A stretch of 64,000 bases of DNA from Utricularia gibba (GCA_002189035.1 NEEC01000002.1:1240001-1304000), one strand, 5' to 3'. Shown: positions 1 through 11,843, counted from the stretch's first letter. Numbers and translations are program-made. Notes: generated by a model from the letters alone, not told the origin.

Positions 1-86
1 TCTAAGGAAATTCACCTTCAACTTACTTGCTGTGCTGTATTTACTGGTTTTCCGATAGTTTTTACCTTAAGGACTGAAACTCACAG

Positions 87-1360
87 GAAGGGTTGTCAAG
101 GTTGTGGCGGGGGACTAATGCTAGCTTAGCATTGGCAATACCCTCAGTAAGTATCTGTCTAGCTTAATTGAACACCGCTGTTTTTCCATACTAGCTTTTC
201 ATAACATGCGGTGAACTCCTTACAGGTGGGAGTCTATATGCCATTGTATGATGTTTTCCGGAATCACATGGAAGACATTACCTTGCACAATGCTCCATCT
301 CTGACCCCATATGTCCCCTTAGTTGCTGGATCCTTGGCTAGATCATTGGCCTGTGTAACCTTCTATCCTGTTGAACTTGCCAGAACTCGAATGCAGGTAG
401 TCAATCCTTCCAGCTCAATGATACGAGAAGCCCTTTCCCCCATCATATCAAGTGTATACTTACACACGGATGTTTCGACTAAAACTCTGTAGGCATTCCA
501 ACACAACCAACCTGGAGTAAAGCCTCCGGGTGTACTGAAAACTTTGATCGATGTGATCACCCCTCATAAGTCGGCCAGCAGTCAAGCTCGTGAGCTCTAA
601 TTTCTGAACTATTTCACTTGAAAGTATCTGTAGTTCATCTACATTGCCCAGTGATATGAATTCTTTGTTCTAGTACACAGCTACCGGATGCTGTGGACCG
701 GCCTAGGAGCCCAACTAGCTCGTGATGTTCCTTTTTCTGCTGTTTGCTGGTCAACACTGGAACCGGTAACTTGTTAACTGAAATAGGCTTGTTGTTTTTG
801 ATTGGCGAAGTGTTGTTTTGTATGCCTTAGACTCTCTGCTCTTCCCGTGAAGCTTCGTCGAAAAATCCTGAGCACCATAGGCGATGATGTGGGTGCACCC
901 GGTGTCATAGCCGCAAACTTCTCTGCTGGTTTCGTTGCAGGAAGCCTCGCAGCAGCCAGTACATGCCCTCTGGACGTGGCTAGAACCAGGCGCCAGATAG
1001 AGGTTTTCCTTGTTTTCTCATGGTCCGTAGCTCGTTCCTCTTTTCTCTTGCAACTGAAAGTAACAAAATTCCTTCTTGTCCATTCAGAAGAATATTACAA
1101 GAGCAAAGAAGATGACAACATGGCAAACTTTATCCGAGATATATAGGTAACTTGAATCCCCAACACCTTTCTTACAAGTTCCCTCCTCTCTCGGTTTGAT
1201 GCCTCAGGGTGTTCATTGGTGCCTCAGGGATGGAGGTATCAGAGGGCTATTTGCGGGCGCTGGCCCTCGAATCACCCGAGCAGGTCCTTCGGTCGGAATC
1301 GTTGTTTCCTTCTATGAGGTAGTCAAGTACACTCTACTCTATCTGCATCAAAATGAGTAG
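87..1360 (+). CDS. Mitochondrial carrier protein, MTM1 (manganese trafficking)-like; 5' part lies upstream of the window; multi-exon
   Basis: Spliced exons give EGLSRLWRGTNASLALAIPS|VGVYMP...FYPVELARTRMQ, LWTGLGAQLARDVPFS, TCPLDVARTRRQIE and GIRGLFAGAGPRITRAGPSVGIVVSFYEVVKY. These include the PX[D/E]XX[K/R]X[K/R] carrier signature. GT-AG introns; TAG at 1358-1360. Confidence 0.9.
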
Positions 1361-1620
1361 ATGCAGTGTAGAGTAGCTGGGCAGCATTTCATGCTTTCAG
1401 GACAACAGTGAGACACCATGGCTTCCAAGCACCATACGAGCTCAGAGTTAGCTCTCTGGGCAAGCCGTAAGGAATTTATGTTAGACTTCAGTGCTTGTCA
1501 TCGCTACTGAACCACACTTGAAGGCTGTCCGTTCGATTTTGAGAGTGCCATCACAGTTTTACAACATAGACCCTTGTCTGAGCCTCCCTAATATAGTTTC
1601 AAATTGAGTCTTTTGCAGTT

Positions 1621-2663
1621 TTAAGCTATATCCTTCGGCTTGTTTCCCCTCCAGAGGATGATCTGCTCATCCTTGAACAACAGAGGAACGCAGGGTACCA
1701 AATCTCGTAATTTGACCCCAATTTTCTTGCAATCGTTGACGCCAACATGAGCACAGTCCAGTCTGACTACTTGTTCAGTCTCAAAAGCTGATCTGACCTT
1801 CTCCACAACATTCACATACACCCCATTCCGTGTAAGTTTCATCAATGGCGGAGAGGTCAGTCCCCTGTTTCGCATTTCCCTTGTTTCTTCAAAGCTCAGA
1901 CCATCAGCAATGTTGTTCACCAACTTGGGATAGATTGGTGCGAGTGGTTTCCATAGCATCAGGGGTATCTGTGGTCGATTCCGGGGGTCGTAGTTTCGAC
2001 CTCGATAGAGAAGAAGAATGTTCAGGTGACGGTATATGATTTGCCCTCCAGTTTTCTGCTCGAGATGGAAGCATATGTTGTCCATGTCCAGAGTTGGAAC
2101 TCCCATGCACTTGATCCTCACTGCCTCGGCTCTTTTCCAGTGGTTGTGGATATCGTCAAGAGTGTTATGTGTAACACCTCCCCTTCCGAGGTTGATTTGG
2201 CGGGAGCAATCGTTGTGGCGATATTTCTCCACAAGAACGGAGATTTCCTCATCGGAGAGTGGGGGACCGAGAACATGGTTGCGGTCTGCCGCCAGCTCGT
2301 CTGAATCCAGCGGTTTCTCTGCCGGAGCTCTGGTACCAGTCCATTTCCGGTCGAGGCGGCCGGGTCCGAATGGAGAGAATTTCTTCTCCCTGAAGCCGAT
2401 AGGCTCAATTCCAGGGCTAGTCTCGGAATAGGAGTACATGAAATCGAATGGCAAATCAGACTTCACAGGAAGCTTTGCCGGGGCGTCGACGGATTTCGTT
2501 TGAGTCGAGGAGGGTTTAGAAGGCTGCCGATTCTTGCTCTTCTTCCCAAATCGGACTTGGGTTTGGGCAAATCTAGGGTTTGCGTCCGCGCCGGGGAAAA
2601 CGGGGGATCGTAAACACCTTCGTCATCTTGTATTAGGGCAGAATGGCTCAGAAGTCGGAACAT
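1621..2663 (-). CDS. CRS2-associated factor-like, mitochondrial (two CRM domains; group II intron splicing factor, At5g54890-like); one frameshift near 2545
   Basis: ORF 1621..2466 has SDLPFDF, RQINLGRGGVTHN...HNHWKRAEAVRIKC, LYRGRNY and IILWRG (CRM domains). The N-terminal MFRLL...YDPPFSP starts at ATG 2663 in an adjacent frame. Confidence 0.9.
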
Positions 2664-2947
2664 ATCGAAAGACAGAGGAGAAAACTGCAGGGGCATTTGG
2701 GTTTGTGGTAGCCGAACTGAGCGACGCCATTGAAGGAGCTTCATCATCGTTCCAGAGACCATCGGAGTCGGCAACAGAGAGACACTACAACTCTACGATG
2801 GGCCCGCTCCATGATCCAACATAATGAAAGGCCCATTGGTTCCAGGCCCAATTCAAGATCTCCAGAAAGTGCAATTTTCACCGCGTTAAAACGGAAAATA
2901 CAGCACAGTAAATAAAAAATGTTATAGGTAAGAGATATGGAGGAAAT

Positions 2948-4038
2948 TCATATCCAACAGATGCCCCAGAGAACCAAAGCAACGCTTGCAAGAAGCGTGT
3001 GAATCACGCGCCTTCTCCCCTTCTCTGCGTTGCTGCAGAACAACCTGTTGTTATGGTAAGTGCAGACAGTCTGCCTCCTGCAAAACGCAGTTGTGATTCG
3101 GTATCAATGACCATGTTTCCGATCGACCGGTCTTCGATAGGTTAATAGTATGTATGTTCTCTCGAACCTGGAAGAGCAGAAGGAGACGATGTAGTCAGTC
3201 CCTGAACATGTGAAGATGCTTGTGGGATCATCGTAGGCGTAGCTGTAGGCCGAAGGGCAAGCCTGCTTGAACAGCCGTGAGTAGTACGTCGGCTGACAGG
3301 TTACCGGATTCCCGTACACCCCACGGCAGCAGTATTCGTCGGTGTTGAACACAGCGCACGCGCTTCTGCATCCCACCGTTCTCCCGCCGCTGCCTCTCAT
3401 TGCCAGCTCCGGCGGACAGCTGAGCCGGAGATCGGCGTCGCAGCCGGCCACGCTGCAGTTCCCTCTACCGTTCAGCGGCCTCACCACGACCGGCAAGTTG
3501 AACCCGTCAACATTGCTGACATCGTAGAAATCGAGTCCCGCGAGTGTGAACTCTGCGAGTGTCGCCGGCGGCTCGCCTGATGCGGCGCACCGGAGGGAAG
3601 AACGGCAGTCACCGGTTTGACATGAGCCGTTACCATTTCTGTCGAAATTGCAACCTATACGAATAAAATTGCTACCGGTTGGTTGGATAATATTTATTTT
3701 GGATAAAATAAATATACTAAAAAAATGTATCATTATTATTCAAATAACCTGTTCGAGCCCAAATCCTTCCGGACCAACCAACCGGTGCAGTGTAAACCAA
3801 CGATTGGCCCGGCCGGAGAGAGAATCCGCCGCCGCCGAAATTTTCCCCCGGAGTTATCGCCGGCCAAATAGTCTCTGTGCAGTGATTCACTATTGTGAAG
3901 ATTCTTGCGCTCTCCGATAACCGTGATCCTGCAATGCAAGGATTTTAATAGAAGCCATACGCGACAGAGAAATGGAGAAATTCCCAACGCTTTCTTACCC
4001 AGTACGAGGATCAAGAGGAGCAGAGGATTTGGAGCCAT
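2948..4038 (-). CDS. Thaumatin-like (PR-5) protein with signal peptide and hydrophobic C-terminal tail; 4 exons
   Basis: Spliced product MAPNPLLLLILVLG|SRLSESARIFTIVNHCTETIWPA...WSGRIWARTG|CNFD...CQTGDC...TLAEFTL..FYDVSNVDGFNLP...FKQACPSAYSYAYDD...FCSSR|RQTVCTYHNNRLFCS...VALVLWGICWI*. The thaumatin Cys pattern is complete. Confidence 0.95.
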
Positions 4039-4469
4039 TGAAGGCGCAGAGCGAGGGGCACTGGATGGCCGGTGGCTTGGTACAGGGAGCGAATACTTGT
4101 TTTGTAATTCATCACGTTACCGGCTCCGCAAGTATTCCTTTCTCCGTTCCTTTAGCTTCCACACCATTAAGATTCTCCTGTTGCTGCCGCGACAGCGACG
4201 GCAACTATAAAGCCCAGGCATGCCTGAAATTGAACGGAAACGAGGATTAGGGATGAAAGAGAAGTGTATACCATACTGCTGTTCATTTCAAATGGTATAA
4301 TGCAAGCTGCTTAAATCACATCATCATGAAACTGAACATGACTGAGTGGCCAAATGCCAACATGATCTTCGTATGTTTGCAGAAGACAGAAACAGGAATT
4401 TTATGAAGCAGGGGGATTCGCCAAGCATCAAAATGTCGGCGTTCAGATAGGTAAATTGAGTTTACCACA

Positions 4470-4813
4470 TCAGAGAAGAGATGTTTCGCGATTCAGAACC
4501 GCAGTCATCGTCATTTGCGGTTCTGCGTGTCCCCTCTCGCAGGCGGTGATTCCTACGATGATGTCTAACATTGTGCCCGTGGTGCCGAAGAACACCAGCG
4601 GAACAAGCAATTTGCGCTTGATTCGTATGGGAACTGCGATCGGAGCGCCGGTAATTGGGAAACCTAGGGCCCTGAAAACAAGCATTTCGCGATTCTTTCT
4701 CGATTCCAGAAACAAAGATCAACAAGATGGACAATGGAAAAGCGTGAGAGATACTCAGGAGGAATGCAGCAGTCAGCGAGTTGCTTCGTATCTCCTTTCT
4801 CAGTCTCAGCCAT
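4470..4813 (-). CDS. Small (~87 aa) hydrophobic protein of unknown function; 2 exons (4813-4755, 4671-4470)
   Basis: ATG 4813 and a GT-AG intron 4754-4672 join in frame to give MAETEKGDTKQLADCCIPPEALGFPITGAPIAVPIRIKRKLLVPLVFFGTTGTMLDIIVGITACERGHAEPQM. From memory, LVFFGTTGTMLDII..I.ACER resembles a conserved uncharacterised plant protein. Confidence 0.7.
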
Positions 4814-5085
4814 CTCGAGTTCTGGACTTCTTCCCGCCCTTGTCCATAATCACACTAACAGAGCAACAATGGACGACGACGATTGTCTGGGCTTTTCAAT
4901 ATTGGGCCTGCGCCACAAAGCCCATCCATCTCAGCTATGCTAGTTTTTTTTTTTAAAAAAAATACTGAATTACTCTGTAAAATGAACAGCTTCTCTGAAA
5001 CGGCCGAAAAAAGTGTCAGCTTCATACAAAATAGTACGGCAATCGCCGGCACCAACCCCCTGGCCGGTTAAGTTGATGCTGAGAA
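4814..5085. promoter_or_regulatory. Putative bidirectional promoter (272 bp between divergent ATGs) with site II-like motifs
   Basis: TGGGCC (about 4902) and AGCCCA (about 4919) lie between ATG 4813 (-) and ATG 5086 (+). Confidence 0.55.
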
Positions 5086-6618
5086 ATGCTGATACTTAGA
5101 ACGCCTTATTCCTTTTCTAAGCCCTTAACTTTTGTTCATAAACTTTCTCTGATTCCTGACATTCACTGCGTAGGTGATTTTTCGAGATTTCCGAATCTCA
5201 CGACCATGGCTTCTGCGTTGTCTACTATCCCCCCGCTGCCGAGAAATCTGTATCTCCTCCTCTCCAGGTCAATTCTTCATATTCTTTTTCACAATTATCG
5301 ATATTGAAGTGAATAATTTAATGGATTTGGGTTTGGTTATCGTATGGGGAAACTAGTTTCATCAAATTGACACGCATATTGCATACAGAAGAAGATTTTT
5401 ATTGAATTTCGCATTCATCAAATAGTAGAGTATCTCGGATTTGGTACATCAATTGTAGCCTTCTTTTTCCAGGTTGCGAAGCGTTTGGAGAAGTTCAAGA
5501 CGACAATTTTTACACAAATGAGTAATTTAGCCATAAAGCATGGTGCTATAAATCTTGGGCAAGGCTTCCCAAATTTTGATGGCCCAGAATTTGTTAAAGA
5601 AGCAGCTATCCAGGCTATTAAAAGTGGGAATAACCAATATGCTCGAGGATACGGTGTCCCAAACTTGAATTCTGCAGTGGCAGATCGTTTCAAGAAGGAT
5701 AGTGGATTGGTGGTTGATCCTGAAAAGGAAGTTACTGTAACATCAGGATGCACAGAAGCAATAGCTGCTTCCATATTAGGCTTGATAAATCCTGGTGATG
5801 AGGTTGTTCTCTTTGCCCCATTCTATGATTCCTATGAAGCTACTCTGTCCATGGCCGGTGCAAAGATAAGGTCTGTCACCCTTAAGCCGCCATGTTTCTC
5901 TGTGCCTATTGATGAGCTCAAGTCCATTGTTTCCCAAAATACTCGTGCCATCCTTCTCAACACTCCACATAATCCCACAGGGAAAATGTTCAGCCGTGAT
6001 GAACTTGATGCTATCGCGCAGCTCTGCATTGAGAATGATATACTTGTTTTCTCTGATGAAGTTTATGACAAGCTAGCTTTTGAAATGGAGCATATCTCCA
6101 TTGCTTCCATTCCTGGTATGTATGAGAGGACGGTCACCCTGAACTCTCTAGGAAAGACATTCTCCCTGACTGGTTGGAAAATCGGATGGGCTATAGCTCC
6201 TCCACACTTGACATGGGGCATAAGGCAAGCTCATTCTTACCTCACATTTGCAACCTGCACTCCTATGCAACATGCTGCTGCTGCTGCGCTTCAAGCAGAT
6301 GACTCATATTACAATGAACTGAGAAGGGACTATGCTGCAAAGAAGAGCATTCTTGTTGAGGGTTTGAAGACTGTGGGCTTCACAGTGTACCCTTCCAGCG
6401 GAACCTACTTCGTTGTGGTGGATCATACCCCTTTTGGCCTGAAAGATGATGTTGAGTTTTGCGAGTACTTGATCAAAGAAGTCGGGGTCGTGGCGATTCC
6501 AACGAGTGTGTTTTATTTGAACCCTGAAGAAGGAAAGAATCTGGTGAGGTTCACATTCTGCAAAGATGAAGAGACTCTGAGAAGTGCCGTTGACAGGATG
6601 AAGAAGAAGCTTCTGTAG
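5086..6618 (+). CDS. PLP-dependent class I aminotransferase (kynurenine-oxoglutarate/methionine aminotransferase, At1g77670-like) with transit peptide; frameshift at 5229-5234
   Basis: Exon 2 reads VAKRLEKFKTTIFTQMS...AINLGQGFPNFDGP, NTPHNPTGK, SDEVYD, SLGKTFSLTGWKIGW (PLP lysine) and VRFTFCK. Exon 1 starts at ATG 5086; intron 5268-5472. Confidence 0.95.
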
Positions 6619-7015
6619 GTGTGGATGCTTCTTCTGTATGAGACATCATACTGCCTTTAGAAAAAGTACTGCGATTGAAATTTTTTTTTGTTAATTATTT
6701 TATTAGCATAAAATTGTCATGTAGGTGGGGTCCACCAGGCCTTGTTGTATGAGGAGCTAAGGGCTTAAAGTCTCTCTGGCCCAAAGGCTGAGCATTAAAC
6801 ATAAGGCCCATTAACTGTTCGTGGGACGCACGTAATTCGGAGCGCGTGGGAGTAACTGGTTAGGTCCAAACAATGCTGAACTGTCATTGGCGGCGTGAAT
6901 TCTCGTCGACGCGGTGATGGTGGTGCTGTAAATTTTGTTGGTGTAGTCGCCACGCGCATCACCAGAATCCCGTTTTGTTTATATACACGCTCGGTGAGGC
7001 GGCGTGCGCCGGAAA

Positions 7016-8303
7016 ATGAAGTTTCTGGCGGCGCATTGGTTGTGGATCTTGTTGGCGGTGATCTTGCCGGCGGCGGGTGGTCTATGGGTGGAACTACCAA
7101 GCTCCGGTGAGAAGTGTTTATCGGAGTCGTTGCATAGTAAAGTTGTCGTTCTGGGTTATTATTATGCGTTCTTCGGGGATGTTACGACGGGGAATGAAAC
7201 TGAGCTTTCCACAATATCCGCCAAGGTTGTGAAATCGCGTGTTGTTTCTTCTGATTCATTCTGAACTGCGTGTTTTTGAATCGAAGATAGAATCGGTGCT
7301 TCTTTTGTGATTGATGATCCAATCCACTGGACTTAATTCTCAGGTAGTGTCGCCGTACGGGAACACGCTTCATCACCAAGAGAATGTGACGCACGGCGAG
7401 TTTGCTTTCGCGACAATGGAGGCTGGAAATTACGAGGCATGCTTCACGGTGCACGGAGATCATCCTCCGGGCAAGACTGTGACCGTTGGCGTCGAATGGA
7501 AAACTGGAATTGCAGCTGAAGATTGGGATTCAGTTGCAAAAAAGGAAAAAATTGAGGTAACTAATCCCCAACTTTCAAATTTTGGATCTGGATTTCTTAG
7601 GTGCATGTAGTGTTGAAGATTTTACACCAAGAACACGCACCCAAATCCACAACAGACAATAGTCAGTAGCGTGCCATCAATTATTCGATCAAGCACCTGT
7701 CCTTTACCTTTGTGGTACATTAGTTCCATTTGTGCATCATATCTCCATTGTGAATTTGTGATGTATTAGCTGTAGCTGGAGCTCAGAATTTGTAACTGTA
7801 ACTCTAGAATCGAAGAAAAAATGCGAATCTGCAAGATACAATCGATAGTTAAGAAACATTGGTTTGTTGCAATCATTTGTGATGTAGGGTCTGTAGCCGG
7901 AGCTTTGTTAAGTGTAGGCAGTCCTGTGAACATACAAGCAATCTCAAGTGCTTTCCCTGTCCAAAACATTGGATACTTGCATTTTTCCAACAGCATTTCT
8001 CAAATGTGATGCAGGGCCTGGAGCTGGAGCTCAGAAAGCTTGAATCCAGCGTTGAAGCGATCCGTGATAAGCTGGTCAGCTTGGTGAACAGGTGAGCTTC
8101 AAAATGACTTGGGGCTTGGTGTTTGAATGGCTGGTTGTGAACACAGTGGCGTTTGCAGGGAACTGGAGATGAGAGAAACTAGTGAGAAGACCAACGCCCG
8201 AGTAGCTTGGTATAGCATCAGTTCCCTCAGCATATGCATCGTGGTTTCATTGGTGCAGCTGTGGTATTTGAAGCGATACTTTCAGAAGAAGAAGCTCATC
8301 TGA
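7016..8303 (+). CDS. p24 / transmembrane emp24-domain protein, delta subfamily (GOLD domain); 4 exons
   Basis: Signal peptide, [72 protein letters not shown], a TM segment and the C-terminal FQKKKLI* dilysine motif. Confidence 0.95.
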
Positions 8304-8752
8304 TCTACAGCTTCCTGCTTCCAAGTGATTGAGCCAGAGGCTTCTCCTTAGTTGGATCCAGAGATTTGAATCATTACCCACTTGCTTACTCTCTGTAAGC
8401 TTATTGGCATTGCTGCTGCTCCCAAGTTTGAACGACTCTAGCCAAGTTGACCACTCAGAAACATTTTGTACACAAACACACATTCATGGCAATGCCATTT
8501 TCATGTGCTTGATGATCGGTGCACAAGTACTGCAGATTTGATGCTTAGGAATGAAATTGAAATTTAGGAATGAAGTACCTTTGATGAAGCACAGTTTCCT
8601 TTTTTTGTCATTTGATGAAAAAGTGGTGGCTGAGATTCCCCATTGACCGGGAGGCGACTGGTAAATCACAACCGTCCAAAAGCGAGTCGGGAGTCGGGAT
8701 CAAATCGCCGAATCCTCTCTCTCATCTCCGCTGTCGACGGCGCGGCGGAGAA

Positions 8753-9852
8753 ATGGCGATGTGGGTATTCGGGTACGGATCATTGGTATGGAAAGCCGGG
8801 TTCCAGTACGATGAGCGTGTCCCGGGCTTCATCAAGGATTACCGCCGTGTTTTCTATCAAGGTTTTTCATCGTTGTTTTCTCTCAAGGTTTTACTCTGTG
8901 TATGTCGGTCTAACGTGGTATCTGTCCACAGGTAGCACTGATCATAGAGGGACTCCTGAATTTCCAGGCAGAACCGTCACGTTGGAGCCTGCAAAGGGTG
9001 AATTTTGCGTAAGCTTCGAATTCGGAATCCTTTCGTTACAGACGATCGACGAAATTCGATCGCATCACGTCGTTTAACCGCCTTTGCATACGCAGTGGGG
9101 CGCAGCTTACAAAATAATCAACAAGGAAGATCAACGGAACGCTGTGGAGGTAAGCTTGGAATACTTCCCATGGATATTTCTCTTTGTTCCGTTGTGTGCG
9201 CCATAGAACTAAGATCTCAAATCAGCATCTCGAGGTGAGGGAGAAGCAGTACGACGTTAAAGCCTACGTCGATTTCTTCACGGTCAGTTCCGATCGACTG
9301 TAACATGTATCCTCCACTGTCGGCGCACACCTTAGCTCCGGGTTTAGAACTACGGTTGGTGTTCTGTTTCAGGATCTCGATGCTACAACACCAGCTGCGA
9401 GGGAGGTGATGGTGTAAGCAGCAATGCCTAGTCAACTGCAGGTTTCACTTGGTGTGTGATGTTTACTTGTATTTGCGCTATGCAGTTACATAGCATCTGC
9501 GGACAGAAAGCGCAACAGGAATTACTTGGGATCTGCTTCACTTGAAGACATCGCCATGTAGGGAATGAATTCCATTCTCTTTCTCAGCTGATATTTGTCT
9601 CTTCTTCTCAAATTCAGCTGCTTTGCAGGCAAATTGTTCTTGCAGAAGGGCCATCCGGTCCCAATACCGAGTATCTGTTCAAGCTAGAGAACGCCCTTAA
9701 TCAACTAGGTAAGAGTGGGATACCTTTAATTTAAGCATTGATGCTTGGACTCAGAATCTGTGGATGTTTATTCCTCTTTAGGATATGGAGATCAGCATGT
9801 TACGGATCTCGCAAATGAAGTCAGGCGCATACTCTGCGAAAGGAAGAACTGA
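8753..9852 (+). CDS. GGCT2: Gamma-glutamylcyclotransferase, ChaC/GGCT2 family; multi-exon
   Basis: [14 protein letters not shown]...[65 protein letters not shown] introns join in frame. Confidence 0.93.
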
Positions 9853-9927
9853 TTGATATGCAAGCATTAGTTTCTGATTCATTCTCCATACAAAACAGTT
9901 ACAATTGGAAGACAAGGCATTCTCCAT

Positions 9928-11277
9928 TTAGTGTCCAAATAATGTGCTCCCATGTATTGTTGACAACAGGTTGTTGTGATAAGGGTCTGCAATGTGGTCT
10001 AGAAGATTTTGAACGGGCCCTTTACCAGTTAAGGCTGCTTGAGCGTAGAAGCCCAACCAAGCCACCATGGCTAAGCGTCCATTCTTCATCTCCTTCACCT
10101 TCAGCTCCTCGAAAGCAGTAGGATCTTTGGAAAGATTCAGGGGGTCAAAAAGGGCGCCTCCTGGATAATTTATGTCTCCTGGTAAGTAAATCCCCAGTGG
10201 CTCTAGAGCCTCAATGCCACAGTATCTAGCATATTCCGGACCTAGCTGCAAATATTCAGGAGCATGTCGTCTTGGAGGTAAAGCTTCAAAGGAGTATTCT
10301 GCAGAACTTTTGAAAAAAAAATTCATACCATTAAGATTGCTTGGCATATTGCAATGATAACCACTCCTTGACTTCCAGCAATATGAAGACCAGGGATGCC
10401 AAGGTAGTCTATGGTGTCGCCCTTTTGGGACAGAATTCAAAGAAGGGTGGGTGATTCATTGTGTGGATGTCGGAGTTGCTGCCAAGGATGAGAAAGAAGT
10501 GTTCTGGTTGCTTACTTTGAGCTTCGAGTAGCCCACGCGCCACCACACGGGCTCAACGAAATGGAAAGCTCCTGATAAGTCTAGAATCTCCGGAACCAGA
10601 GCACCAAGTGCAGCCAACATGGCCCATCTTGCATGAACTACCTCGAAGCTTGAGGAAACTCGAAAAGAGAAGAACAGGTTAGTTGATTCCTGGATAGGAA
10701 CGCATTAAGTAACATGTTACTTACTTGAAGTACCGCCGGAACGCCTCCGGATCCCGACTCAGACCTGCGATGTCGAATCCGTAGTCACCTGGAAGTTCTC
10801 CGGTGAGGTACGACGGATAGTCGAAGGCCAATGGACCAAGCCAGCGGGGGCGATTTTCCCCATACCAGTCGCTGATATAGTATCGAGAAGGGTTTCAGGT
10901 ACGGCTTACAGCAAGTTCAAATTGGGCAAATACCTACCTCTCCGTTTTTGCCTGCTCAGATAGGGCTTTCAGCTTATCTGAATTCTCCTTGTAAATCTGC
11001 TTTTTCTCCAACATTCGCTTCTGGAGCGCTTCTCCGATGGAGCTGTTCGCGATGGCTTTCACCGCCGTGAAAGGAACGGCAGAGAAGATCAACACACCAG
11101 CAACCTTGATAACAAGAATCGGTTCTCGTTAGTTGGAAACTACAGCATCAGATTTTCGAATTCTACCTCTTGCCAAGATGCTCTGAATCGAGAAAACGGT
11201 TTCCTGGCTCCGTGAGTCGGATGATCGCCGAGTCTACGGATTCGGAAGACGGCTTCCGGTGGGTGTAGTAGCAACAT
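9928..11277 (-). CDS. LHCB7: Chlorophyll a/b-binding protein LHCB7
   Basis: SWQE|[88 protein letters not shown] and [24 protein letters not shown]. The N-terminal extension and [14 protein letters not shown] are LHCB7-type. Confidence 0.93.
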
Positions 11278-11843
11278 CGCCTCGGTTTTTCCACTGCTCC
11301 GTTCAACTCCAACAACGCCGGCTTCTAGAAACTACCCACCCTTCGCCGTTCCTATAAGCTCCTCCCGGATTCGTCTCCGCCACTGGTTTTCCCCTCCTAT
11401 TTCTTAATTCAGAAATCGAATAAAAATATTGGGTGGAACAGAGCCTTGATCTTGCAGCCACGGCATGAATCTTTATGAACACAAAATATCATTTAAAAAA
11501 ATATTTTAAAAAATTAAAATTCAACACGAATACATTTGATCAAGAGCCCCAAATGTCTCCCTGTTCCAGGATCATCCTCAAGAACCAGAAAGGAAACCCA
11601 AGAAAGCGAGCTTGACGACCAATCCGTCAGAGGAGCCAGAGATGGTGCATTCAGGGGCGTCTACAGGCGGAAATCCGATCGAGTTTGACGATGGCAGTGT
11701 TGGTTTTGAGGAGGTAATGCATGAACATCACAATCTCATCAAAGAAAAATATCTACTGAAACAGTCAACAATCAGCCATGCATCAGTTGATATACTTGTA
11801 AATGAATACAAACAGAGCAGATTGGCAAAACGGTACCCTGATT

